64,000 nt of DNA from a virus (lineage: Duplodnaviria; Caudoviricetes): the IMG/VR virus record IMGVR_UViG_3300035208_006553, positions 1 to 64,000 of that record. One strand, given 5' to 3'. Below are positions 20,574-30,176 of the stretch, piece after piece (positions within the stretch are counted from its first letter, which is position 1; the number at the start of each line of letters is the position of its first letter). The position numbers and the translations under genes are program-made. The notes beneath the pieces are model-generated. The model searched no databases, was not told the origin of the DNA, and worked only from the letters and a program-made list of their open reading frames with translations.

Positions 20574-21204
20574 AGGGAAGCAAAGAGAAATTACTCTTAC
20601 AGAGCAGGACCTTATTGATTTTGAAAGTGAAGTAGTTAATCAATTTGAACAAGGTAAAATTAGAGGAGCTGTTCATTTGTCTAATAATAATGAAAAGCAA
20701 TTAATTGATATTTTTCAATATATTAATTCTGACGACTGGGTTTTTTCCACCTGGCGAAATCATTATCATGCACTATTACATGGAGTTTCGAAAGAAGAAT
20801 TAATGAGAGAAATACTTAACTCTCATAGTATATCTTTTCAAAGTCCTAAACATCATTTTTATACATCTGCAATTGTAAATGGTATTTTGCCAATTGCAGT
20901 AGGAACAGCAATGGGCTTAAAATGGAATAACAGTGAGAGAGTAGTATTTTGTTTTGTAGGAGATATGACTTCAGAAAGCGGAGTATTTTACGAATGTTTA
21001 AAGTATTCTATTAGAAATAATTTACCTATTCATTTTGTAATTGAAGATAATGGGTTATCTACTAATACACCTACACAAGAAGCTTGGGGTACTGAAGGAA
21101 ATTTAGTTATCTGGGATAAAAATTATGAAAAATATATAACTAAATATTCTTATGTTAGAGGCAAGTATCCGCATGTCGGAGCGGGTAAGTTTATACATTT
21201 TTAA
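20560..21204 (+). CDS. TPP-dependent enzyme, E1-alpha-like subunit (short)
   Basis: GKIRGAVHLS, STWRNHYHAL, SAIV.G..PIA.G, VGD...EDN TPP/Mg motif. Confidence 0.85.
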   Translation: MLILRGKQREITLTEQDLIDFESEVVNQFEQGKIRGAVHLSNNNEKQLIDIFQYINSDDWVFSTWRNHYHALLHGVSKEELMREILNSHSISFQSPKHHFYTSAIVNGILPIAVGTAMGLKWNNSERVVFCFVGDMTSESGVFYECLKYSIRNNLPIHFVIEDNGLSTNTPTQEAWGTEGNLVIWDKNYEKYITKYSYVRGKYPHVGAGKFIHF

Positions 21205-21216
21205 AGGAAAAATAGT

Positions 21217-21780
21217 ATGAGTAACTATTTTGATGAATTAACAAGAACGATGGCAGAGTTATCAAAACACGATAAAGTAAAATTTATAGGTCAATCTGTT
21301 GTATGGGATGGACATGCTTTGTTTAAAACTTTAAAAGACGTACCTATAGAAAAAAGAGTGGAGTTACCTGTATCGGAAGATTTTCAGTTAGGTTTAAGTA
21401 CAGGTCTCGCTTTAGAAGGATGGATTCCAATTAGTATTTATCCTAGAATGGATTTTTTAATATTAGCTGCAAACCAGTTGACGAACCATTTAGTTAATAT
21501 TGCAACTGTATCTAAAGGAGGTTATAAGCCTCGTGTAATAATAAGAACATCTATGGGAGCTACAGGACCTTTATATTCTGGTTTACAACATTGTCAAGAT
21601 CATTCAGCGGTATTTAGATTATTATGTAGAAATGGAGTAGAAGTTGCTGAGTTGAGAAGAAAAGATCAAATATTTTCTTCTTATATGAATGCTCTTACAA
21701 GAGAAGATTGTAAACCTACATTGTTAATTGAATATGGCGATTTATATAATTTACAAGAGGAAGTAAATGTCCTGGACTGA
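21217..21780 (+). CDS. TPP-dependent enzyme, E1-beta-like pyrimidine-binding subunit (short)
   Basis: ELPVSE..GL..GLAL.G..P, RMDF...A.NQ, GLQH.QD, PTLLIE. Confidence 0.82.
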   Translation: MSNYFDELTRTMAELSKHDKVKFIGQSVVWDGHALFKTLKDVPIEKRVELPVSEDFQLGLSTGLALEGWIPISIYPRMDFLILAANQLTNHLVNIATVSKGGYKPRVIIRTSMGATGPLYSGLQHCQDHSAVFRLLCRNGVEVAELRRKDQIFSSYMNALTREDCKPTLLIEYGDLYNLQEEVNVLD

Positions 21781-22489
21781 TAAAAAAGCTATACAAACTA
21801 TTTTAAAATTAAGAGATGAATTTAAAGTTACTGATTTTATAGAGACGGGAACTTTTAAAGGTACAAATGCTAAATTATATTCTCAATATTTTCAAAATGT
21901 TTTTTCTTGTGAAATTAATGAGAATTATTACAAAGAGGCTAAAGAAAAGTGTAAGGATTATGAAAATATAAAGATTTATAATATTGATAGCCCTTCTTTT
22001 TTAACTTTATTAAAATACAAAGGTTACGGTGAACGTTTATTAACATCATCTACATCAATATGGTATCTTGATGCACATTTTTATGATTCTACTCTTTCAA
22101 AAGAAAAAAGATTTGTAATTTTAGATGAGTTAAAAGCCCTTTCTGATTTTGTGAATTGTATAATAGTTATACATGATTTTGATTGTGGTTGTGAAAATTT
22201 AGGCCATATAGTATATGATGGAATACCTCTTAATTTTGATTTACTTGAAGAAAGACTTGCAAAAGTAAATCCGAATTTTAAATATTATACTAATAGTAAA
22301 GAATTTTGTGATATAGTTAAGTTAGAAGATGTACTAGAAAATAAAATACAAGGAATTGAATCAACAGAAGACGTATTAGATAATTTAAAATATGTATGGA
22401 GCAGCCCTGAAAAAACTTACAGAGGTATTTTATATTGCCTTCCGAGAGGCTTAGATCTTTCAAAGTATGATTTAAAAGAGTTAATATGA
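21767..22489 (+). CDS. Class I SAM-dependent methyltransferase-like protein
   Basis: FIETGTFKG, SCEIN, IDS, YLDAH, IHDF. Confidence 0.65.
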   Translation: MSWTDKKAIQTILKLRDEFKVTDFIETGTFKGTNAKLYSQYFQNVFSCEINENYYKEAKEKCKDYENIKIYNIDSPSFLTLLKYKGYGERLLTSSTSIWYLDAHFYDSTLSKEKRFVILDELKALSDFVNCIIVIHDFDCGCENLGHIVYDGIPLNFDLLEERLAKVNPNFKYYTNSKEFCDIVKLEDVLENKIQGIESTEDVLDNLKYVWSSPEKTYRGILYCLPRGLDLSKYDLKELI

Positions 22490-23088
22490 AAAGTGTATTG
22501 GTATTAGGGAACAGTAGAGGTATTGGCTTAGCAATTTCAGAAAGTTTAAGAAATGAAGGATTAATAGTTTTAAATATTAGTAGATCTTCTGGTTATGATT
22601 TAATGACTAAAGAAGGAAGAAATAAGTTATTTAATGATGTAGAAGAAACAGATATTTTAATAGGTAATGTTGGAGGAATGGGTACTTGCTCTATTGATGA
22701 TTATGAAGAGGTGATGAGAAAGAATTATTTTATTAATGTAGAAATACTATTGCATTATTTACCTTATATGGTAAGGAAAAAATGGGGAAGGGTGGTATTT
22801 ATAAGTTCTATTTTTGGAAAAGAAAAAGGAGATAATCCTGCATTTACTGCTGCGAAAGCTGCTCAAATTGCATTTATAAAAAGTATAGCAGGAAAGTATA
22901 AAGGAATTACATTTAATGTAATTTGTCCTGGTTATATTGATGTAGGTAAAGATTTTAAGAGTGACTCTAAAGTAGTTGGAATACCTGAAGATGTAGCTGT
23001 TTTAACTTCTTTTTTATGTAATGAAAAAACTTCCCATATTAATGGAGTTGCTATTGCGTGCGATGGAGGATCATCTTATTCGTTTTAA
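22486..23088 (+). CDS. Classical short-chain dehydrogenase/reductase
   Basis: GNSRGIG, ISSI, FTAAK (F replaces the catalytic Y), NVICPG, DGG. Confidence 0.8.
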   Translation: MKSVLVLGNSRGIGLAISESLRNEGLIVLNISRSSGYDLMTKEGRNKLFNDVEETDILIGNVGGMGTCSIDDYEEVMRKNYFINVEILLHYLPYMVRKKWGRVVFISSIFGKEKGDNPAFTAAKAAQIAFIKSIAGKYKGITFNVICPGYIDVGKDFKSDSKVVGIPEDVAVLTSFLCNEKTSHINGVAIACDGGSSYSF

Positions 23089-23125
23089 ATTTAAATTAAG
23101 TAATGAAAATATGGAGTTATTATAA

Positions 23126-23983
23126 ATGTTTAAAGGTAAAAAAATAGCGGTTCTCGGCGGAGAAGGAATGATAGGTAAGGAACTAGTAAAACAATTACAG
23201 TTAATAGGCGGTAATGTTTTTTCTTACGATATTAAGAACGGGTATGATTTAAGTTGTTATTCTGCATGTTACCAGATTTTTAAAGATACAGATTTTGTAT
23301 TTAGTCTAGTAGGAGTAAAAGGAAGTCCTAGGATGACTAATGCTAAACCTCTAGATTTTATGTTTCCTATGTTAAGATGCGACACAAACATTATTAAAGC
23401 TGCTATAGATTGTAAAGTTGAAAAGTTTTTATATACTTCTTCTATAGCTGTGTTAAATCCTAAAACGGATAGATTTCCTGCTTGGGCTAAAATGACAGGA
23501 GAATTGCTTTTAGAAGCTGCAAGAATACAATACCCAGATTTTAAATTTGTGATTACAAGACCTGCTAATGTATACGGTAAATATGATAATTTTGATAATA
23601 TGAATGCGATGGTAGTAACTAGTTTAGTAAGAAAAGCTATTCTTTGTAACGCGATAGAAGTACGGGGCGATGGGTCAGAGATGCGAGAGTTTATCAGTGC
23701 AAAAGATGTAGCTAAAGGAATGATACTAACAATGTTAAAGTCCCCTGAAAAACCTGTTAATTTAGGATCGGGAGAGACTCATTCTATAAAAGAACTTGCA
23801 GAGATATTAAGTAAAATATCTAATAAACCTATTGTTTATAAACTTCTTGAAAAAGAAGGTGATAGAGAAAGAGTAGTATTTAAAGATGAAAATCGAGCAG
23901 ATATAGGGTTTAAAGCAGAAGATAATTTTAAAGAAAGTATTATAGAAGTATATAATTATGCTAGAAACAAATGTGTAGAGTAG
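23126..23983 (+). CDS. NDP-sugar epimerase/reductase (extended SDR)
   Basis: GGEGMIG, YTSS, AWAK, RPANVYG, GDGS..REFI...DVA. Confidence 0.8.
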   Translation: MFKGKKIAVLGGEGMIGKELVKQLQLIGGNVFSYDIKNGYDLSCYSACYQIFKDTDFVFSLVGVKGSPRMTNAKPLDFMFPMLRCDTNIIKAAIDCKVEKFLYTSSIAVLNPKTDRFPAWAKMTGELLLEAARIQYPDFKFVITRPANVYGKYDNFDNMNAMVVTSLVRKAILCNAIEVRGDGSEMREFISAKDVAKGMILTMLKSPEKPVNLGSGETHSIKELAEILSKISNKPIVYKLLEKEGDRERVVFKDENRADIGFKAEDNFKESIIEVYNYARNKCVE

Positions 23984-23990
23984 GTGATAT

Positions 23991-24497
23991 ATGTTAGTAA
24001 AAGACACGCAATTAGTAGGAGTAAAACTTATTGAAAGTATTCCTGTTTTTGAAGATTTTAGAGGAAGATATAAAGAAACTTTTAATAAAGCAGAATATAA
24101 AAAAATTATTGATATAGAATTTGTACAAGATGATATTTCTGTATCTCGTAGAAATGTTTTACGAGGGATTCATGGAGACAAAGGTACCTGGAAGTTGATT
24201 TCTTGTTTGAAAGGAGCTTTTTATTTAGTAGTGGTTAATAACGATGAAAAAAGTGCACAATATAAATTTTGGGAAAGTTTTACATTATCTGATAGTAATA
24301 ATTTACAAGTTTTGATTCCTCCCAAGTTTGGAAACGGTCATTTAGTGTTAACTGATGAAACGATTTTTCATTATAAGCAATCTACGTATTACGGAGAGTT
24401 TAAACAGTTTACTATTCTATGGAATGATCCTGAGATTAATATAGCATGGCCTTCTCTATGTGGTAATAATCCAATTCTATCTTTAAGAGATAGTTAA
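23991..24497 (+). CDS. rmlC: dTDP-4-dehydrorhamnose 3,5-epimerase family (cupin)
   Basis: FEDFRG, FVQDDIS.S..VLRGIH, LIPP.FGNGH, WNDP.INI.WP. Confidence 0.88.
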   Translation: MLVKDTQLVGVKLIESIPVFEDFRGRYKETFNKAEYKKIIDIEFVQDDISVSRRNVLRGIHGDKGTWKLISCLKGAFYLVVVNNDEKSAQYKFWESFTLSDSNNLQVLIPPKFGNGHLVLTDETIFHYKQSTYYGEFKQFTILWNDPEINIAWPSLCGNNPILSLRDS

Positions 24498-24519
24498 CTT
24501 ATTTTAATACAGGATATTA

Positions 24520-25164
24520 ATGTATTTTACCCGTTCCTTTATTCAATATACAAAAGAACTTTCTAATTCAATGTATATTCCTTTAACAAGAGAAGAAGAG
24601 AAACAAACTTTAATTGAGTTAGGTTCTGGTTCAACTTCTGCTTTAAATAAGTTAATAAATGCACATTTACGATTTGTAGTTTATTCTTTGAGAGATTTTA
24701 AAACACCTTCATATATTGATCCAATGGATTTAGTACAAGAAGGTAATTTAGGGTTAATTGATGCTCTTTCAAGATTTGACATTTCAATGTATAATTGCAG
24801 GGTAGCAACTTATGCCCAATATTATATTAGATGGTATATTCGTACAGCGCTTGGGTTATACGATAAGGATGTTGTTATTCATAATTCATCTGAAAATTTT
24901 AATTTAGATGAAGTTGAAAGTTTAACACCAAAAGAAGAAGAAGCAATTTATCAAGATATTTTAAAGTATGTAAAAACATTTTTAACTGAAAGAGAGTCTA
25001 AAATTATAAGTTTATTGTTTGGATTAGAATATCCGTTTACAGCTTTAACTTTAAGAGAAGTAGGTTCGTTGGTTCATTTAGATCCAGAAAGAGTAAGACA
25101 AATAAAAAAAGAAGCTTTAGAACAAATTAAATTAAGGAAATCAGAAATTGAAATATTAAAATAA
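24520..25164 (+). CDS. Sigma-70 family RNA polymerase sigma factor (phage)
   Basis: LINAHLRFV, DLVQEGNLGLI.A..RFD, TYA..YIR, TLREVG...ERVRQI...AL. Confidence 0.92.
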   Translation: MYFTRSFIQYTKELSNSMYIPLTREEEKQTLIELGSGSTSALNKLINAHLRFVVYSLRDFKTPSYIDPMDLVQEGNLGLIDALSRFDISMYNCRVATYAQYYIRWYIRTALGLYDKDVVIHNSSENFNLDEVESLTPKEEEAIYQDILKYVKTFLTERESKIISLLFGLEYPFTALTLREVGSLVHLDPERVRQIKKEALEQIKLRKSEIEILK

Positions 25165-25181
25165 GGAAGGATTTATAATAC

Positions 25182-27923
25182 ATGATCGCCGATACAAAAG
25201 GATTGGGTTTTAAAAGACATTTCACTGAAGAGGGTATGCACCCTTTTGATAAGATAAAATGGATTACAACTACAGCACAAGTCAAAGATAAAAATGGAGA
25301 AATTAAATTTCAACAAGAAGGTGTTGAGTTTCCAGATTTTTGGGAACAAACAGCTATTGATGTTACAGTTGAAAAATTTTTTGCAGGAGCTTTAGGAAGT
25401 AAGAACAGAGAAATATCTTTAAAACAAGTAATATCTGGAATTGTAGATTGGTATAAAGAAAAAGGTAGAATTGACGGTTATTTTGCATCTAGTAAAGATG
25501 CAAATATATTTGCTGATGAATTAACTTTTCTTTTAGTTAATCAATATGGAATTTTTAATAGTCCTGTATGGTTTAATGTACGTGTCCAAAAAGAACCTCA
25601 AGTATCCGCATGCTATATTCTTTCTGCAGACGATACGATGGAATCTATATCTGAAAATATGAAGATTGAAATGGATATCTTTCGGAAAGGGTCCGGAGCA
25701 GGTACAAATCATAGTAATTTAAGATCTTCTTTTGAAGAAGTAAGTGCCGGGGGTACTGCAATGGGACCTCTTTTACCTATTGCAATTTCAGATAAGATTG
25801 CTAAAGCTACAAAAAGCGGTGGTAAAACGCGTAGAAGTGCTTTAATGAAATTATTAGATATTGATCATGGAGACATTGAAACTTTTATAACCCAAAAAAG
25901 AGATGTGGAAGAAGCTGCCAAAATACTTGTAAAGTACGGAAGTGGTAAATGGGATGCTGAATTTAATGGATCTAAAAGTGTGTATGATTTATTACCTTTT
26001 CAGAATTTTAATGAATCTGTTAGTGTATTTAATTCTTTTAAAGAGGCTCTTGACAAAGATGAAGAATGGGCTTTGTTAGAGAGAAAGGAAGTGTCTGAAA
26101 TAGGTTATCACGAAGCTTTACAGGAAGAACACAAACAAACTGCACAAGGGTTATTTGTTAGTCCCGATTTAGGTAAAAATTGGTTTTATAGAGTAAATGA
26201 TTTAATATCCAGTAGATATAAAAAAGTTATTAAGTGGGTAAAAGCGAAAGATTTATGGAATAGTATATGTGAAGGATCCTGGTATTGTGGAGATCCTGCA
26301 TTACAGTTTATAGATACCATAAATCGGTGGCATACATGTAAAGCCGATGGAAAAATAAGATCAAGTAACCCTTGCAGTGAATATATGTTTTTAGATGATA
26401 CTTCCTGTAATTTGGCATCTCACAATTTATTAAAGTTTTTAAAGAAAGATAATACTTTTGATGTAGAAGGATTTGTAAGTGCAACGCGAATCTTTATTAC
26501 GGGAATGGATATCTCAGTTTCAAATGCTTCTTATCCTACTAAAAAAATAGCTACAAAAACTAAACAGTACAGAACACTAGGATTAGGTTATGCTAATTTA
26601 GGAGCATTATTAGTAGCTACAGGATTATCTTATGATAGTGAAGAAGGCAGAAATTGTGCAGCAGCTATTACTGCTCTTTTGTTAGCTGCAAGTTATAATC
26701 AATCTGCAAGAATTGCTAAAGAGCTAGGAGCTTTTGAAAGGTATGAAGTTAATAAAGAATCAGTGAAAGAGGTATTTGATTTACACCAGAAAGAAATAGA
26801 TAAACTTTTTCATAAAATATCACTTGATCCAAAGTCACCTAGGTTTTTAAAAATTGTAAAAGAAGCTCAAAGTCTTTTTCCAACTTCAAATACAACTGTA
26901 AGAAATGCACAAGTTACAGTAATAGCTCCAACCGGAACTACAGGGTTAGTTCTAGGTTGTGATACAACCGGTCTTGAACCGTTAGCGGGTTTGGTAATTT
27001 ATAAAAAAATGGTAGGTGGGGGTTTATTGAAATTAGTACCTTTATGTATTGAAAAGGGATTAAAAACATTAGGTTATGGAGATTCAAGAATATCTCGAAT
27101 ATTAGATAGTATTGAAAAAGGAGAGACATTTACATGGAATTCTCATGAAGATGAAAAAGTTTTTCAAACAGCTTTTGGAAATCATAATCTTATATCTTCA
27201 GAAGCTCATATAGATATGTTAGCTGCAATACAGCCTTTTTTAAGCGGAGGAGCGAGTAAAACTGCAAATTTACCTGAAAATGCAACTGTGGAGGATTTTT
27301 CTAACATTTTTATAAGAGCATGGGAAAAAGGAGTTAAATGTGTAGCTCCTTACAGAAGTAACAGTAAAGGAAGTCAACCTCTTAATGTTAGTAAAGATGC
27401 AGTTAATCAAAATTTAAGTATTAACATATCACATCCTGTAAAGAGAAAATTACCAGATGACAGGCCTGGACACCATCATAAATTTCGTTTAGGAGGTCAA
27501 AGCGGGTTTTTAAATTTTGGATTTTATCCAGATAGTGGCGAATTAGGAGAAATGTTTGCTGAGATTAGCAAAGGAGGAAGTACCTTAAATGGATTAATGA
27601 ACACTGTAGCTATATCCGTCAGTATGATGTTACAATACGGTATACCCCCACATGTAATCAGTGATGCTTATAAAGAATTAAAATTCGAACCTAGTGGAAT
27701 AACATCTAATCCGGATATTCGGTTTGCTTCTTCAATCCCTGACTACATTGGAAAATTTATAGATTTTTTATTAGTTAGTAAAGGTCAAGAAAAAGTACAA
27801 GAAGAAAAATCAAATAAAATAGATCTTTCAGGACCTCCATGTACTATTTGCCATTGTTTAACAGTTAGAAATGGAACTTGTTATTACTGTCCGAACTGCG
27901 GCGAAACAACAGGTTGTAGTTAA
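25182..27923 (+). CDS. nrdJ: Class II (B12-dependent) ribonucleotide reductase with C-terminal TSCPD-like and Zn-finger region
   Basis: FNSPVWFN, SACYI, GGKTRR, SNPCSEY, SCNLAS, IAPTGT, SKTANLP; no NrdB or NrdG partner in the window. Confidence 0.93.
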   Translation: MIADTKGLGFKRHFTEEGMHPFDKIKWITTTAQVKDKNGEIKFQQEGVEFPDFWEQTAIDVTVEKFFAGALGSKNREISLKQVISGIVDWYKEKGRIDGYFASSKDANIFADELTFLLVNQYGIFNSPVWFNVRVQKEPQVSACYILSADDTMESISENMKIEMDIFRKGSGAGTNHSNLRSSFEEVSAGGTAMGPLLPIAISDKIAKATKSGGKTRRSALMKLLDIDHGDIETFITQKRDVEEAAKILVKYGSGKWDAEFNGSKSVYDLLPFQNFNESVSVFNSFKEALDKDEEWALLERKEVSEIGYHEALQEEHKQTAQGLFVSPDLGKNWFYRVNDLISSRYKKVIKWVKAKDLWNSICEGSWYCGDPALQFIDTINRWHTCKADGKIRSSNPCSEYMFLDDTSCNLASHNLLKFLKKDNTFDVEGFVSATRIFITGMDISVSNASYPTKKIATKTKQYRTLGLGYANLGALLVATGLSYDSEEGRNCAAAITALLLAASYNQSARIAKELGAFERYEVNKESVKEVFDLHQKEIDKLFHKISLDPKSPRFLKIVKEAQSLFPTSNTTVRNAQVTVIAPTGTTGLVLGCDTTGLEPLAGLVIYKKMVGGGLLKLVPLCIEKGLKTLGYGDSRISRILDSIEKGETFTWNSHEDEKVFQTAFGNHNLISSEAHIDMLAAIQPFLSGGASKTANLPENATVEDFSNIFIRAWEKGVKCVAPYRSNSKGSQPLNVSKDAVNQNLSINISHPVKRKLPDDRPGHHHKFRLGGQSGFLNFGFYPDSGELGEMFAEISKGGSTLNGLMNTVAISVSMMLQYGIPPHVISDAYKELKFEPSGITSNPDIRFASSIPDYIGKFIDFLLVSKGQEKVQEEKSNKIDLSGPPCTICHCLTVRNGTCYYCPNCGETTGCS

Positions 27924-27928
27924 CTAAT

Positions 27929-28624
27929 TTGCGGAGTTTAAGAATGGGTTATACAGGTCTTTCAGATTTAAAAATTTTCTTTTTAATTCCAAGAAGAAGA
28001 GGACATAATGAAGTAATAAGTTCTGTTCAGATTGGTACTACTACAGATACTGTAGAATCAGAAGATTTTATTAAGTATTTTTTACCTTTTCAAAAGAAAG
28101 TATTAACAAAAGATATTTTATTTGAAATAGGAGAAAAGATAATCAATCAATTTCGATTATCAGATCTCAATATTAGTATAAATTTTAACTTACCAATAGA
28201 TAAGTTAAATGTGAATTTAGAAGATTCAATTTGTTTTATTTTAAATTGTACATACTCTTTTGCATTTAACAATAATATATCCAATACACGTCTTAGTATA
28301 ATGTGTCCAGTTAGAGTTAATTATTTATCTACTATTGAAGGGAGTTTAAGTATTGAAGTAATAAATCCGTCGTCTAATTTATATTTTGAAGATATATTAG
28401 ATTTAGTTATAAAGTACGGTAAGGTAATTATATACCCACTTACTCAATATTCTGAAAAAGGTTTACTTGAAATTGAAATTGATAAAGGAAAAACAGTTAA
28501 AGATTACTTAAATATTTTTAGAATTATTTTAATTAAGAGAAAAATGGCAGAGCAAGGTAGTGTAGCAATAGAATTTTATGATATTTATAAATCTTATAAA
28601 ATTAAAAAAGGAATTGAGTGGTGA
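27929..28624 (+). CDS. Degenerate FolE2 (GTP cyclohydrolase IB)-like T-fold protein lacking catalytic motifs
   Basis: Colinear by eye with 35281..36174 over its full length but lacks CPCS, AHNQR and EESIH. Confidence 0.6.
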   Translation: MRSLRMGYTGLSDLKIFFLIPRRRGHNEVISSVQIGTTTDTVESEDFIKYFLPFQKKVLTKDILFEIGEKIINQFRLSDLNISINFNLPIDKLNVNLEDSICFILNCTYSFAFNNNISNTRLSIMCPVRVNYLSTIEGSLSIEVINPSSNLYFEDILDLVIKYGKVIIYPLTQYSEKGLLEIEIDKGKTVKDYLNIFRIILIKRKMAEQGSVAIEFYDIYKSYKIKKGIEW

Positions 28625-29424
28625 AAGAGGATAAAAAAGTAGCCGTATTGGAATGTTACCCGTGCGTGCAAGGAGAAGGTCGATATGCAGGAGTACCTCA
28701 TATTTTAATAAGAACTACCGGATGTAAATTGAGGTGTATGTTTAAAAATTCAGTTTGTGACACACTTTTTGCATCTTGGTTCCCCGAAAAGGGTTTATTT
28801 ACTATTGAGGATATTAAAAAAGTTTATGAAGTAAATCCTCAAATTAGTTATACCTTAATTTCAGGAGGAGGCCCCACTCTTCATCCAGAACTATTGTCTG
28901 AATTAGTACGAGTAGCTAAAGAGTATGATCATTTTGTGACTATAGAAACAGAAGGGTCTGAGTATGTAGAAACAGAAGCAGATTTTATTTCATTATCTCC
29001 TAAATTAAAAAGTTCAGTGCCTATTGAAGGGTATAAAGTTGAATATTTAAATAGAAAAAGAATAATTACAAAAGAAGAAGTTCAAAGACACGAAGAAGGA
29101 AGAACAAATTATGAAGCTATGAAAAAATTTATAAAAGCATTTACTGTTAGGGATAGTACGACGTATACTGGTTATCAAGTTGATTATCAATTTAATTATC
29201 AATTTAAATTTGTTATTACAGATCTAGAAGATATAAAAGAGATATTACATATACAAAGATTACTAAGTTTCTCTGATGAAGCAATTTATTTAATGCCTGA
29301 AGGTATTGTAAATAGTCAGTTACAATTGCAACGAAAAGATATTATTGAAGAATGTATAAAAAGAGGGTGGAATTACAGCGACCGCTTGCACATTATCGCA
29401 TACGGGAATAAACGCGGTGTGTAA
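28618..29424 (+). CDS. queE: 7-carboxy-7-deazaguanine synthase (radical SAM)
   Basis: VQGEG..G.P..IR.TGC..RC....CDT, SGG.P, TIET.G, SLSPK, RLH. Confidence 0.92.
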   Translation: MVKEDKKVAVLECYPCVQGEGRYAGVPHILIRTTGCKLRCMFKNSVCDTLFASWFPEKGLFTIEDIKKVYEVNPQISYTLISGGGPTLHPELLSELVRVAKEYDHFVTIETEGSEYVETEADFISLSPKLKSSVPIEGYKVEYLNRKRIITKEEVQRHEEGRTNYEAMKKFIKAFTVRDSTTYTGYQVDYQFNYQFKFVITDLEDIKEILHIQRLLSFSDEAIYLMPEGIVNSQLQLQRKDIIEECIKRGWNYSDRLHIIAYGNKRGV

Positions 29425-29463
29425 TTTATATTAGTATATAATTACAATATTAATAAGGTTGTT

Positions 29464-29781
29464 ATGGTTAACGAAGAAATACCTAGAGAAATAATTCAAA
29501 AACTTCAAGACAAATATTCTACTTCAGAGTCTAGGCAGAATCTTAGATTAAATGAGAGTTTGATTAAAGAGATATTAGATATTGTAGAAGAGAGCGGGTT
29601 TGATATTGTATCTCGATCGGAATTTACTACAGCTAATTTTTCAGCTACCGCTCTTGATATGTTTTCAGAACCTATAAAACAATGGGCACAGAGCGGTATT
29701 GATTATTATATTCCTGCAGAACAGATTTTAAGAGATTTAATGAACCAAGGTTGGGTAGTTCAACCTCCAAAAGGTGTGTAA
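29464..29781 (+). CDS. Hypothetical protein
   Basis: ORF with upstream AAGG. Confidence 0.6.
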   Translation: MVNEEIPREIIQKLQDKYSTSESRQNLRLNESLIKEILDIVEESGFDIVSRSEFTTANFSATALDMFSEPIKQWAQSGIDYYIPAEQILRDLMNQGWVVQPPKGV

Positions 29782-30176
29782 TGAAAGATGAGAGATTAGA
29801 GTTATTTCGTGAATGGAAAGCTTTGTCGTTAAAGATTCAGACACTTTCTTGCATTGTACAGAACCAAGGAACTATTCTAGAGGAGCAGATAAAAGATTGG
29901 AGAAATTTAGCTTTTAGTAATTGGAATCAATTAAAAGAGTTAACAGGAAAAACATTAAATTTTTTAAGAAATTATAAAAATATTATGAAATTTGATGTGT
30001 ATACTCATGCAGAATCATGTTCTGTTTGGATGAGAGAAGCTACAGAAGAAGAAAGAGAGGAAAATTTAATTACAAGAAATGATGGGTGTGTTAATCTTTT
30101 TAAGCAAAATTTAAGTGAAGAAGAAGCAAAAGAAGTTATAAAAGGATTAGTAAATGATCAAGGATTTTCTAATTGA
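29781..30176 (+). CDS. Hypothetical protein
   Basis: ORF 29751..30176; likely start at the TAATG-coupled ATG 29781. Confidence 0.55.
   Translation: MKDERLELFREWKALSLKIQTLSCIVQNQGTILEEQIKDWRNLAFSNWNQLKELTGKTLNFLRNYKNIMKFDVYTHAESCSVWMREATEEEREENLITRNDGCVNLFKQNLSEEEAKEVIKGLVNDQGFSN

Noticed and set aside
20560-21780. Pyruvate dehydrogenase as an auxiliary metabolic gene
   Set aside because: Both subunits are short, no E2/E3 is present, and they sit inside a sugar-nucleotide cluster.
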